NCBI GenBank assembly: GCA_965219385.1
Contig: CBDCNM010000002.1
Coordinates: forward strand, 3,544,305 to 3,608,304
Direction: 5' to 3'
Length of the DNA stretch: 64,000 nucleotides
Origin: Candidatus Latescibacterota bacterium
GTDB taxonomy: Bacteria; Latescibacterota; UBA2968; UBA8231
The position numbers and the translations under genes were made by a program. Below the pieces are notes generated by a model, which searched no databases, was not told the origin of the DNA, and saw only the letters and a program-made list of their open reading frames with translations. Each line of letters starts with the position of its first letter. Positions within the stretch are counted from its first letter, which is position 1. This document shows positions 20,402 to 29,548 of the stretch, piece by piece.

Positions 20402-20475
20402 ATAAGTGATTGATTTTCAATAAGTTATGCAATATGGTGCTCAAATCCATAACTTGTTGTTTCTACGTCACTTAT
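20402..20475. promoter_or_regulatory. Pair of inverted 28-bp sites in an AT-rich intergenic region (candidate operator)
   Basis: ataagtga-N8-caataagttatg (20402-20429) and cataacttgttg-N8-tcacttat (20448-20475). Confidence 0.5.
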
Positions 20476-20685
20476 GAATTTGAGATCGCTCAGATTGGCC
20501 GTTTTGCTCAAAAAGTTGTCCGAACCATTGATAAAATTACTATATAAAAAACCAGAATGGCAAGAAAAAACTTGAAAATTTGCCAGCAAAAAAATTATAG
20601 AGTTAAGTAACCGAAGGTAACAAGAACAACAGATAGGCCGCCAACAGAAAAATAATAAGACATTGAAAAAATTAGACTTATGGCA

Positions 20686-21633
20686 CTAATTAGCCTTCTC
20701 CATTTCCGCGTCCCTCTGGTTATCCCCCTCCTGATTATGCTTTTCGGCCCCATTGGACTCACTGTCTTCTGCATCCCGGCGAAAACGGATATGTTTGACG
20801 TCCCGCAAACCAATGGCGAAGGATCCGACCTTAGAATCCCCTGTAAAAACCTCATTCAGGCGAGCATAGTAGTTCCTGTCGGTCTCGCCAGGTAAGCGCA
20901 CGGTACTGATGCCCACTGTCCCCTGTAGGGTTTTTCCCTTCCGCAATACAATGGTTACAGGACGCTGTTCTTCAGCCCCCCCAGAGTCGATGAAATCAAT
21001 CTTCTCAATCTTGCTCATAGGCAGTGAACGCCGCATGCGCCCCTGAGTGAAATCGAACCGGGTCTTGCCAAGAAAGCGCAGCTGGGACACTTCAAACCGC
21101 TTGCCTTTCATGGTGATGAGGGTTGCTTTGAGAGGGGCATCTGGAATGGGCAAAGAGCCGGCCGGATGACGAATGATTACTTCGCGAACCTCATTGAGGC
21201 GCATGATGAAGGGCCCTAACTCGCTCACTCCAGAGAAAAGTATTTCCGCCCGCCCGCTGCCGAATGAATCTTGAGCGCGGGGTGCTGAGTTGCCCCCTGT
21301 CAGAATAGACCCCGATTCCGTCACACCATTCCTCAGATACACACTGATCGCCTGTTGTTCATCGCCGCGGTTTCCTTCAAAGACGATGCGATCGATCCGG
21401 GCAAATGGTTTGATCCGCCGCACATCCCCCACGTAGTATTCCAGTTCAACCCGATCCTGATAGGTGAACTTGGACACTTCGTGTTTGTTGCCGAGGCGGT
21501 CTACGACAGTCGCTTTGATCTTTGACTGTATTGCCCGACCCTCTCCCCCCCACATCACAGCCAGGACCAGCAGCCTCACCAGCCATTTGCTACAAAGATG
21601 TATCTTGCAGGTTGATACCACGCTAAAAGCCAT
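20686..21633 (-). CDS. Secreted hypothetical protein with an internally duplicated domain
   Basis: Signal-like N-terminus; two copies of KAT.....G...EVS...RR..P...I..I.F...EQ......LR.G....G. Confidence 0.8.
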   Translation of the reverse strand: MAFSVVSTCKIHLCSKWLVRLLVLAVMWGGEGRAIQSKIKATVVDRLGNKHEVSKFTYQDRVELEYYVGDVRRIKPFARIDRIVFEGNRGDEQQAISVYLRNGVTESGSILTGGNSAPRAQDSFGSGRAEILFSGVSELGPFIMRLNEVREVIIRHPAGSLPIPDAPLKATLITMKGKRFEVSQLRFLGKTRFDFTQGRMRRSLPMSKIEKIDFIDSGGAEEQRPVTIVLRKGKTLQGTVGISTVRLPGETDRNYYARLNEVFTGDSKVGSFAIGLRDVKHIRFRRDAEDSESNGAEKHNQEGDNQRDAEMEKAN

Positions 21634-21680
21634 GCCTTCTGCCCTCCTAGCAATTCATCAGGGGGGGTGAACTGAATTCT

Positions 21681-22373
21681 CTAGGGTCCTAGATCCTGAT
21701 CTCCAGGCTCCTCCTCACCCACATCGGGTTCCAGCTCTATGAAAATCGGAGTAACCCTACCCATGCTGACCTCCACGTCCCTGATGTGGTCAATCTCGGC
21801 GCTCAACATTGCTATCCGCACCTTGTAAATACCAGGACGCACTATAAAATGGCGCACCTGAGTCGATGTCATACCCTCCCCTAGCACCGAACGCATCTGG
21901 TAATCGAAGATCAGGAAGCGCACCTGTGTGGGGATTCCACTCCTGGTGACATTGAGCATAAACCGCCCGACCTGGATCGGCACCCACTTCTCCTCGCCGA
22001 GCACGACTTCCACGTCGGGAATTTCTATACTGTCCCTCGACAGGTCGGTATTGACAACTATGGTGTATATCCCCGGATCCAGATAGGTGTGCAGCCTGTT
22101 TTCCGTTATGCTGCGCTCAAAAGCGCTCGGAGACGTGGAAGCGGGCCGGGGCGTGTCGGCAAAAACCTGCTCTTCGGTCTCTTGATCGATGACGAACCAA
22201 TTCAGTTGATTGATGCCGCCGGCCTCTAAGATGAGGTGTCCCTTGCCCTCCGGAATCGGTGGCGGCAAATTATGGCCCCCTTCCGTAGCAGCACATCCAG
22301 CCAGCAAGAAGGATAAAGTTGTTGCCAGGCCCAGTATCTTGATACATGGCCCTCTGTTAAAAATGCGTGCCAC
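21681..22373 (-). CDS. Lipoprotein with two beta-sandwich-like segments
   Basis: Lipobox LLAGC; two PGIY.[IV] motifs. Confidence 0.8.
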   Translation of the reverse strand: MARIFNRGPCIKILGLATTLSFLLAGCAATEGGHNLPPPIPEGKGHLILEAGGINQLNWFVIDQETEEQVFADTPRPASTSPSAFERSITENRLHTYLDPGIYTIVVNTDLSRDSIEIPDVEVVLGEEKWVPIQVGRFMLNVTRSGIPTQVRFLIFDYQMRSVLGEGMTSTQVRHFIVRPGIYKVRIAMLSAEIDHIRDVEVSMGRVTPIFIELEPDVGEEEPGDQDLGP

Positions 22374-22444
22374 AGGTCCCTCCTTTTTTATGCCTGCATC
22401 CTGCTTTATTTATGCCTGGGGTCCAGAATGGTTCCCCATCTACT

Positions 22445-22927
22445 TCAAAATGAACGCCAGCTTGGAGACTTGTCGTCCCGGTCATCTCTGTTGGTAAGAT
22501 TCACAGGAAGCACTGCTGGGGATTCCACCTCATCCAGATCGAAGCCCGAGATCCCAGTTGCGCACCTTGGTTGGGGTGGAGGCGTAGACGATGGTTCCCT
22601 CTCTTGCAACCCTGGCGTTGCTTCCGGAAGGTAGATCAAATACCAGCGAGTAGGTCTCCATCTCCGAAATAGGTGCTGAATCGAGTTGAAGTTCCTTGGT
22701 TTCGTGATAGCCACTGGCTACGACACTGGCCTTGTAGATCCCGCTTCTTAATTCCTTGAAGGAGAAGGTCCCAGTATCTACAGACGATTGAACTTGAATT
22801 CGGGATCATTGGCATCCAGACGCAATCTACGCCCATCCCTACCTCTAATCTTTACGGTGACTTCGTTTGTGCCACATCCCGTAATCAGCATCCCGTAAAT
22901 TACTACAAAACCCAAACTTCTGAGCAT
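22445..22927 (-). pseudogene. Degenerate lipoprotein with TolB/PD40-like remnants
   Basis: RBS ggaggag, ATG 22927, lipobox LITGC, stop after ~49 aa; other frames give GTIVYAS..NWDL and NLTNRDDRDDKSPSW. Confidence 0.6.
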
Positions 22928-22959
22928 GTTCTCCTCCTGAAAAACACACGGTTTGCCGG

Positions 22960-23685
22960 CTATACTAGGGGGCGAATCGGGTCATCCTGTTGCAGCCCAC
23001 TAAGCAGGCGGATACGCCTCCCAACCTCGTCTATCAAGTCGTCCTGATCGCCGAACCGGTCAGAGTAGATTGGTTCGCCGACGCGAAAATATATCTGGGA
23101 ACGAGGTTCCCCCAAGCTTTCGTACTCCAGGCCCACGGGAATCAAGGGTATCCTCAGATCAAACTCTCGTTCTACCCATAGCAGATGATCGACTATCTCC
23201 CTTTGCAGGGGCCCCATAGTGTCCTGATAACGCATGCCTTCGGGGTGGGAAACAATACACTCGCCCTGTCTGTAAAGCCAGGCAAGATAATTCAGGGTCT
23301 GCTGGTTTTCCTCCCGGGCCCAGCGAATTTGGGCCCTTCTGGCCTCCCGATCTTTCACCCTTCTAATATCCTTGGGACGGACGATTTTGACCCCTCCTAT
23401 CCACTCCAGGATGCCGTAGAGACCTACTTTCATCACATAGTTGGCGTGGCGCCTGGTAAACCGGTACAGTACCACAGCTTCGACCAGGATATCGCGGTAG
23501 GCCCGGTGCTTGGGCAATAATAGGACCGGGCCTTGGGGCGGTAAGTATTCCGCACCTTCCACCATAAGGCGATGGTAATGGAGCGCTCCTGCCGCCAGTG
23601 AGCGAATACAACCGGTAATCCAGTCTGTGCGGCGCAATGTAAAGTCTTGAGAGGGGCCAGATTCAGACATATTCCGCAAAAACAA
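22960..23685 (-). CDS. Lysophospholipid acyltransferase (PlsC-like)
   Basis: HRAYRD (HX4D), HPEGMR, PLIPVGLEY, GEPI; start may be ATG 23670. Confidence 0.85.
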   Translation of the reverse strand: MFLRNMSESGPSQDFTLRRTDWITGCIRSLAAGALHYHRLMVEGAEYLPPQGPVLLLPKHRAYRDILVEAVVLYRFTRRHANYVMKVGLYGILEWIGGVKIVRPKDIRRVKDREARRAQIRWAREENQQTLNYLAWLYRQGECIVSHPEGMRYQDTMGPLQREIVDHLLWVEREFDLRIPLIPVGLEYESLGEPRSQIYFRVGEPIYSDRFGDQDDLIDEVGRRIRLLSGLQQDDPIRPLV

Positions 23686-23740
23686 AAAGGGACTTTATAG
23701 TGAAAGCCCCAGGATTTCAAATCATTGTCCCATTGGCAGC

Positions 23741-24286
23741 CTAGTTGAAAAGAATCTTGATCTTGCCCCAGGTATTCTCTTCTATTTCGGTGGGAAGGTG
23801 TTGGAGATCAAGAGCGGAAATGATCTGCACGAGTTCCTGGATAGTCTCGACAGGTGTGCGCTCACCCCGGGCATCTACAAAAAGCATGAAGTCATTAGGT
23901 GCCTTTAGCTCCTTTTTCACTTCGTCCAGAACCCTGAAATCACGGAAGGCCTTTTCGCCGTCCTCAAGCTTGTAGGATAGTCCATTGCGAGTGCGAAAAT
24001 CCTCGGGATCAACGGCTGTCTTCTCCCCTCCTGGCTCGGAGAGCACAATACCGGTTACCTGCAGCCAATCTTCGTAGTCCTGAACCAGCTCCTGCAACTC
24101 GCGCGCTTGGGCCTGGTGCTCTGGATCGTCGGCAAAGAAGAGATAAAACAGTCTATGAGGATGCGTTTTTTTCCGATTTTCGGGATCTGAGATTCCACCC
24201 TTCTCCTCACCCGATACGACCTGGGCAATCAGGATAAATCCAAGCCCTATCAAACCACTTTTGACAAATCGCTTCATCGTGCTCAT
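23741..24286 (-). CDS. Secreted protein, possibly a degenerate thioredoxin-like fold, with C-terminal TWGKIK motif
   Basis: Signal-like N-terminus; ends PTEIEENTWGKIKILFN. Confidence 0.7.
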   Translation of the reverse strand: MSTMKRFVKSGLIGLGFILIAQVVSGEEKGGISDPENRKKTHPHRLFYLFFADDPEHQAQARELQELVQDYEDWLQVTGIVLSEPGGEKTAVDPEDFRTRNGLSYKLEDGEKAFRDFRVLDEVKKELKAPNDFMLFVDARGERTPVETIQELVQIISALDLQHLPTEIEENTWGKIKILFN

Positions 24287-24308
24287 TCCCTCAAAATGGC
24301 ATATTGAT

Positions 24309-25379
24309 TCACTCCGCCCGGATACTGTACCCTTTGTGGATCTGCTCCTGACCCTCCAGGATGGTAACCAGAGAAAGGTGATCCCCCAAGACCTGTTTTA
24401 CCTGAACCACCCCAATCCTGCGGGGCAATGCTCGACCTAAAAAGATCCCCGTCTCGGTATCCGTGAGTTCACGACCATTATCCCATACTCCGAATTTGTA
24501 TCCATTCTGCACCCCTTCCACCACTCCTATATTAATATAAGCGCGAGCACCGTCAATATCTATTATTTTTGGTTTGGAGACCGTCAACTCCGACGGCGGA
24601 CTGATCAGTTCGGCCAACCCCGTGGCCAACTTCTGCAGACATGAACCCGCAGCCTGCCCCAGAAGGGTTTGGTGAAACTCCTCCGAGCCCCACTTCACCT
24701 CCCCCAGCAGCAGATATTCCTTTTCAAATTTCACATAGGCTGCCGGATTGGTTACGCCGTATTTTTTTTCGTCGGTCTCCCCCTCGCCTTTTACCTCGTT
24801 TGTCGGACGCCCGTCAATTACTTTGAATGGCTTGAGGGTGATGTTGGCAATCCCTTGATAGCTGCGATAGCCCCCGATGGGCACAGTAGCTCGAAAGCGC
24901 TTCATGCTCAAATCTTCAATCTCGCCCAAAATCACGTAATCCGCATTCAATTCGCGTCCCCACTGCAACGCTTTTTCGGGAGCGATACGTCCTTTGAATT
25001 CTTTGCCTTGCAAACGCGCCAGAACTGAATCTATTGGGATTATGCGAAAAAGCGAGTTGCTTCGCAAGGTATCGCTCAAGCTCCGGGGCAACTCGACCTG
25101 AATCTCCCAGGGGCCCTTGTACTTCGAAAGATCCTTGAAAGGCACAAATAGCAGTGCCTGGGCCAGAGCATCGGAGCTGTCCCCTGGCGTTTGACTGTGC
25201 AAAATCTCCTCAGCTCCTGCGAGCTTCTTTTGCTCCCCTGCTCTGGCTGCCCTGTCTCCTGCTACCGAGGTCGTATCCTGGAAAATCTCTTCCCCTCCCA
25301 TGAGGATGGGGGTTTCTCTCAGCTGGGCACAGCCCGTCCAAGACAACGTGAGCAGGATCAATAATCCCCAGCTTTGCAT
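24309..25379 (-). CDS. Lipoprotein with CsgG/HfaB-like domain and FlgT-C-like terminal domain
   Basis: Lipobox WTGC; ALQWGRELNADYVILGEI; AYINIG...GV..G..F.V...G.EL.D.ETG..LG. Confidence 0.7.
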   Translation of the reverse strand: MQSWGLLILLTLSWTGCAQLRETPILMGGEEIFQDTTSVAGDRAARAGEQKKLAGAEEILHSQTPGDSSDALAQALLFVPFKDLSKYKGPWEIQVELPRSLSDTLRSNSLFRIIPIDSVLARLQGKEFKGRIAPEKALQWGRELNADYVILGEIEDLSMKRFRATVPIGGYRSYQGIANITLKPFKVIDGRPTNEVKGEGETDEKKYGVTNPAAYVKFEKEYLLLGEVKWGSEEFHQTLLGQAAGSCLQKLATGLAELISPPSELTVSKPKIIDIDGARAYINIGVVEGVQNGYKFGVWDNGRELTDTETGIFLGRALPRRIGVVQVKQVLGDHLSLVTILEGQEQIHKGYSIRAE

Positions 25380-26287
25380 CAGTCGTCCTCTCGAACAGCA
25401 GTAAGCACATATGGCCCTAATTTCTCCTGGAGATAAGCGCGAAATCGCTCACCGTATTGTGGATCTGCGAGGACAAAATCGGCAAAGGCCTGATAATAGG
25501 TCTGGGGCGTGCCGATGTCATAGCGCTGCTCATCCGGCATCATCCGCACACAACGCACCTTCTTGCCCTGGGCCAAAAGGACGCGAATCGCATCTGTAAG
25601 CCATATCTCGCCCCCCGTTCCCGGTTCGGTGGCTTCGAGAGCCGCAAAAATATCCGGTGTAAAAACGTAGCGAGCGGCTACGGCCAAGCAACTGGGGATC
25701 TCTTCGGGCCGGGGTTTCTCGACAATATCCGCTATTTCAAAGTCATCGGCGGACTCTCCCAGAGGCCGTATCATGCCGTACTTGGAGGTCTCCTCCCGCG
25801 GCACCTGGCGCACTCCAATGGTTGCAGCTGATCCGTGGCGTTCGTGCGAAGCGATCAAACGACCGACTATCCCTGGATTGTGCTTGGAGCGGATGATGGT
25901 ATCGCCAAAACCGACGACAAAGGACTCATCCCCAATGAATTCGGCGGCCAGACGAACCGCATCTCCATTGCCGGCTGCCCGCCGCTGACGAACATAAAAA
26001 AAATCAACTCCCGCGGCCGAATAATTCACTTCGTCAAGGGAATGGTCTTTGGTGAGAAGGGAGGCATTGAGTTCCGGATCGTCGTCAAAGTAATCCTCTA
26101 TAGCGCGTTTTTTCCGACTGGTGACAAACAGGAACTTCTTTAACCCCTGTGCCATCATTTCTTCTACGACGTAATGCACAACGGGTTTGCAGCCTAGAGG
26201 CAACATCTCCTTGGGCTGGACCTTGGTTGCCGGCAACAGGCGGGTACCCAATCCCGCCACGGGAAAAACCGCTTTGCAAATGGTCAT
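25379..26287 (-). CDS. galU: UTP-glucose-1-phosphate uridylyltransferase
   Basis: KAVFPVAGLGTRLLPATK.QPKEMLP, VEKP, GEIWLTDAI, RYDIG. Confidence 0.88.
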   Translation of the reverse strand: MTICKAVFPVAGLGTRLLPATKVQPKEMLPLGCKPVVHYVVEEMMAQGLKKFLFVTSRKKRAIEDYFDDDPELNASLLTKDHSLDEVNYSAAGVDFFYVRQRRAAGNGDAVRLAAEFIGDESFVVGFGDTIIRSKHNPGIVGRLIASHERHGSAATIGVRQVPREETSKYGMIRPLGESADDFEIADIVEKPRPEEIPSCLAVAARYVFTPDIFAALEATEPGTGGEIWLTDAIRVLLAQGKKVRCVRMMPDEQRYDIGTPQTYYQAFADFVLADPQYGERFRAYLQEKLGPYVLTAVREDD

Positions 26288-26288
26288 A

Positions 26289-26318
26289 GCCTCGGTTCAG
26301 GCCTCGGTTCAGGCCTCG
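26289..26318. repeat. 12-bp tandem repeat (2.5 copies) directly upstream of the galU start
   Basis: gcctcggttcag gcctcggttcag gcctcg. Confidence 0.85.
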
Positions 26319-26348
26319 AACTGAAATCCAGTAAAGAAATCACTTTAA

Positions 26349-26592
26349 GAGCCTATACGAAAATCCCCAGCTGGGCTTCGAGCAGGGCGGTCGGGACTGC
26401 GAGCAGGCACAGCAGCAGGGCGTGAGCAGAAGGGGCGTGGATCGGCGTTGCCTTCGGTCGGCATATCGCAGCGAATATGCCGACCGAAGGCAGGGCGGTG
26501 GGCTGCGAGTGGGCGCAGCAGCAGGCGGAGTGGTGACCCATGCCCCTTCTCGCTCGCTCTCGGGCCGCAGAGCGAATTTCCGTTATGGACTC
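26349..26592. mobile_element. 244-bp MITE with IS5/IS1031-like ends and a central palindrome
   Basis: Imperfect termini gagcctatacgaaaat / atttccgttatggactc; TAA on both flanks; perfect 18-bp internal IR at 26449-26466 / 26475-26492. Confidence 0.8.
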
Positions 26593-26707
26593 TAAGTTAA
26601 CCTCAAAAAGATATACTACTTGCTACAGTAAATCAAGTCTGTGCAAAAACCGGTGCTGCATCAGTTTGAAATCCACCCGAACCCAGGCACGGGAGTTGCT
26701 TTGTCCC

Positions 26708-26734
26708 TTGACAAGTCTACGGAGATTGTATAAT
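26708..26734 (+). promoter_or_regulatory. Consensus sigma70-type promoter inside the left end of the IS1 element
   Basis: TTGACA-N15-TATAAT (short spacer). Confidence 0.5.
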
Positions 26735-26775
26735 AGTAGATAAACATATGTACCAAATAGACGAACATCTTAATA

Positions 26776-27228
26776 TCAGACGCTCGCGCCGAGACGAACA
26801 CCCGGCCGGTGTAGCGCGATTGAAGGCCGTCCCTGTCGATGATCTTCTGCTCGACGGATTGAAGGTAGGGGTAGTCCCTCCGGTCGTAGGGGCTGCACCT
26901 GTCCTCTGGGGCGACGGTCAAGCCATGGAAGGATTCGGCAAATCGCTCGAAGAAAAAGAGCGTAAAGTTTTCGAGCGCGTACTTTCTCAGACGGCGTTGG
27001 AGTGGGGTCTACCTGACGCATGCAGTAATCCACCCAAAAACTTATTCGATCTCTCATGCTCTCTTTTTGAGTGCTATACTGACCAGATTTCTCAAAGTCT
27101 GAAAAAGCACCCGCCAAGGCGAGCATCAGGAGGCTAAAGGGTCTAGCAACCTGCTCCCTATTCTGCTCAAGTAGTTTTTCCAGCCATTCATAGTGATCCC
27201 CCTGTGGTGGATCAGAAAATTCGGTCAT
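26776..27228 (-). CDS. Passenger hypothetical protein, overlapping a probable truncated nuclease-like fragment in another frame
   Basis: RBS ggag before ATG 27228; overlapping frame reads GLTVAPEDRCSPYDRRDYPYLQSVEQKII..SRYTGRVF..DI. Confidence 0.45.
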   Translation of the reverse strand: MTEFSDPPQGDHYEWLEKLLEQNREQVARPFSLLMLALAGAFSDFEKSGQYSTQKESMRDRISFWVDYCMRQVDPTPTPSEKVRARKLYALFLRAICRILPWLDRRPRGQVQPLRPEGLPLPSIRRAEDHRQGRPSIALHRPGVRLGASV

Positions 27229-27256
27229 TTCGATTCTCCTGGTTTGAGTGGTTAAT

Positions 27257-28036
27257 TCACTTCAGCACCTCAAGGACGTTGCCGTCCAGGTCAACCTTCA
27301 CCTTTACCGTATTCTTCACCGTCCCTCCATACGCATTTTTGCCCCGGAACTCAGTAATCACAATCAAGTGATCTCCCCGGTCCCAATATTTCGTTGACAC
27401 GTGCTTGTAACTGTCCGGGTCGTGCATGGATTCCTTGACGAGCTTCGTCACGGCCCTATGCGATCCGTCCCAGCTGCTGAACGCCGATTCAAGGTGCTTT
27501 TGTCGTTGCGCCTGCTCCTGTAGCCGCCGCTCTTGAGCGCCTTTCCCGGTATCGGCATAGAGGATCGTCTGAGAGTCCCTATCGGCCACAAAAGATATAT
27601 TTATTTTGGGTAGATAGACGACCCAATACTTTTCATCGGAGCCGTCTATGTTCATCTCGGCCCCCCCAAATCGATCCCACTGGCCGTGTGGGATCGGCTA
27701 GCCGACGAACTGCGTCATAAAGGTGTCGGCTTTGGCCCTCCACAGCGCACGCTCTTCAGCCAAAGGGCCCGACTTTGGAGCAACTGCCGGAGCCGCCTTG
27801 ACCGGAGGCTTCTTGGGAGCCACCGCCTCTTCGACCTCAAGGATCTCTTGAGCAGGGGGAAGCGCCGCCTCTCTCGAGTCAGCCGGCCTGGATTCCCTCG
27901 ATCCGATCCAGACGCCGACGAACACGGCGAGGGTATATCTGAAGAAGACGATCCACCAACGGATGTACCAGGGCCGCTTCTTGGGCAGATCTGACGAGGA
28001 AGAGGATGGATGGGTAGAAATGGGTAGGAACAACAT
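27257..28036 (-). pseudogene. Passenger membrane-anchored protein split by one in-frame TAG (27698-27700)
   Basis: RBS aaggagg; KKRPWYIRWW plus TM; ORFs 27698-28036 and 27257-27655 are in the same frame; C-terminal FSSWDGSH..DPDSY.HV.T..FRGKNAYGG domain. Confidence 0.75.
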
Positions 28037-28340
28037 GGTCAACCCTCCTTGCCGCGGATAGTGGCCGATACCTGGCAAGGAAAAAGGCTGGCCGGGCCCG
28101 ACCACTATCTCATGCAGCAGAGGGCATGGGAAGTCCTACATATTTACCCAGTCCCCCGGGAGGGAGCTACCCCCCCAACAGGGACCTTATCAGGCTGTTG
28201 TATTCAGTAGAGAACCCGACCCAAGGGCCCCCCGCAAGAAATAGTGGTTGAGGGAAATATACGGTCGGGCCTTGACAAATCAAAAGTATTTTTTTTCTTT
28301 ACCAGCGGGAAGAAGGAGGATCGACATAACGGCCCCTACC

Positions 28341-28523
28341 ATGACCACGGAAGAGCGCCTTACCCGGATAGAGGCGGTGTACGAGCACCTGGCGACCAAA
28401 GCCGACCTTGCTCGACTTGAGGGTGAACTCAAGGTTGAGTTACACAGGGGCTTGACCCGCAACCTCTATATCACCATAGTCGCCGTTGCGACGGCAGTGA
28501 CCCTGGTGAAATACCTTCCCTGA
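28341..28523 (+). CDS. Small coiled-coil plus TM protein (LATKADL, DUF1640-like)
   Basis: MTTEERLTRIEAVYEHLATKADLARLE followed by a hydrophobic C-terminus. Confidence 0.7.
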   Translation: MTTEERLTRIEAVYEHLATKADLARLEGELKVELHRGLTRNLYITIVAVATAVTLVKYLP

Positions 28524-28672
28524 TGTGCGATCCCTCCCCCGATGAGGTGGCTCGTGCCGTAGAAGTCGGCCGGATTGCTACTCGCCAGAAGAAAGATCCA
28601 TACCCCATAGATCCAGCCGAGTCCATCCTGCGTGCCCTTTGCGAAGAGGAACAGGAGGGCGAAAGCGGCTAA
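28523..28672 (+). CDS. 49-aa protein immediately upstream of the IS1 transposase
   Basis: TGATG overlap with the upstream ORF; PDEVARAVEVGRIAT resembles small ORFs recalled next to this IS1 subgroup. Confidence 0.5.
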   Translation: MCDPSPDEVARAVEVGRIATRQKKDPYPIDPAESILRALCEEEQEGESG

Positions 28673-28701
28673 AAAACCCTGCCCATTTGTTCACTTTTTT
28701 C

Positions 28702-28730
28702 TTGACTAAGTTCAAGTGATTTCATAGACT
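28702..28730 (+). promoter_or_regulatory. Probable transposase promoter
   Basis: TTGACT-N17-TAGACT just before GTG 28737; cttga..tcaag palindrome overlaps the -35. Confidence 0.55.
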
Positions 28731-28736
28731 TAAGGG

Positions 28737-29548
28737 GTGAGCAATCGCCTACCCCTGACTACTCGAAAACTCCTGCTCTCCATGCTGGTTGAGGGCCTAT
28801 CCATGCGCTCGATCAGCCGCACCCTGGACATATCCTTCAACACGGTAAAGAAGATGCTGATTGACGCGGGGAAGGTCTGTGCGGCCTACCACGACAGCCG
28901 GGTTCGGGCCGTGGAGTCGCTCTATGTCGAGTGCGATGAGATGTGGTCTTCTGCTACGCCAAAGAGAAAACGGTAGCGGAGAAGGGGTCTGGTATCGGCA
29001 CTGAGGCGGGAGATGTGTGGGTATGGACGGCGATTGATCCTGAGACCAAACTACTGATTTCCTGGTATGCCGGGGACCGCTCCATGGAGAGCGGGCGGAT
29101 CTTCCTGAAGGATCTTTATAGCCGGATGGCGATCCGGGTACACCTTATCTCAGACCAGTATGGCGTCTACCTGGAAGCGGTCGACGAGGTGTTCGGGATG
29201 GACGCGAAACATACTCTGCTCAAAAGGGGCGGCCCCCGAGGGGAGGGCTTGCCCACCACGGCCCACGTCGAGCGACACAACCTGACCATGCGGATGGCAA
29301 TGCGGCGGTTTACCCGACGCACCAACGCCTTCAGCAAGCGCCTGCCGCGTCATCGGGATATGCTGGCCCTCTACATGGTGCATTACAACTTTGTGCGGAT
29401 TCATCAGAGCTTGCGAATGACACCGGCTATGGCGGCAGGCTTGACCGATACCCTCCACGATATAGAATGGTTGGCCGGGCTTATTGAGGCGGAGCAGCCC
29501 GAGCCGGACAGGCCCAAGACCTACCGGAAAAAATTCATTTCAAACTGA
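28737..29548 (+). pseudogene. IS1-family transposase with a single frameshift near 28950
   Basis: LVEGLSMRSISR HTH; ECDEMWS|FCYAKEK; VWVWTAID; HVERHNLTMRMAMRRFTRRTNAFSK; YNFVRIH; TPAMAAG. Confidence 0.88.
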
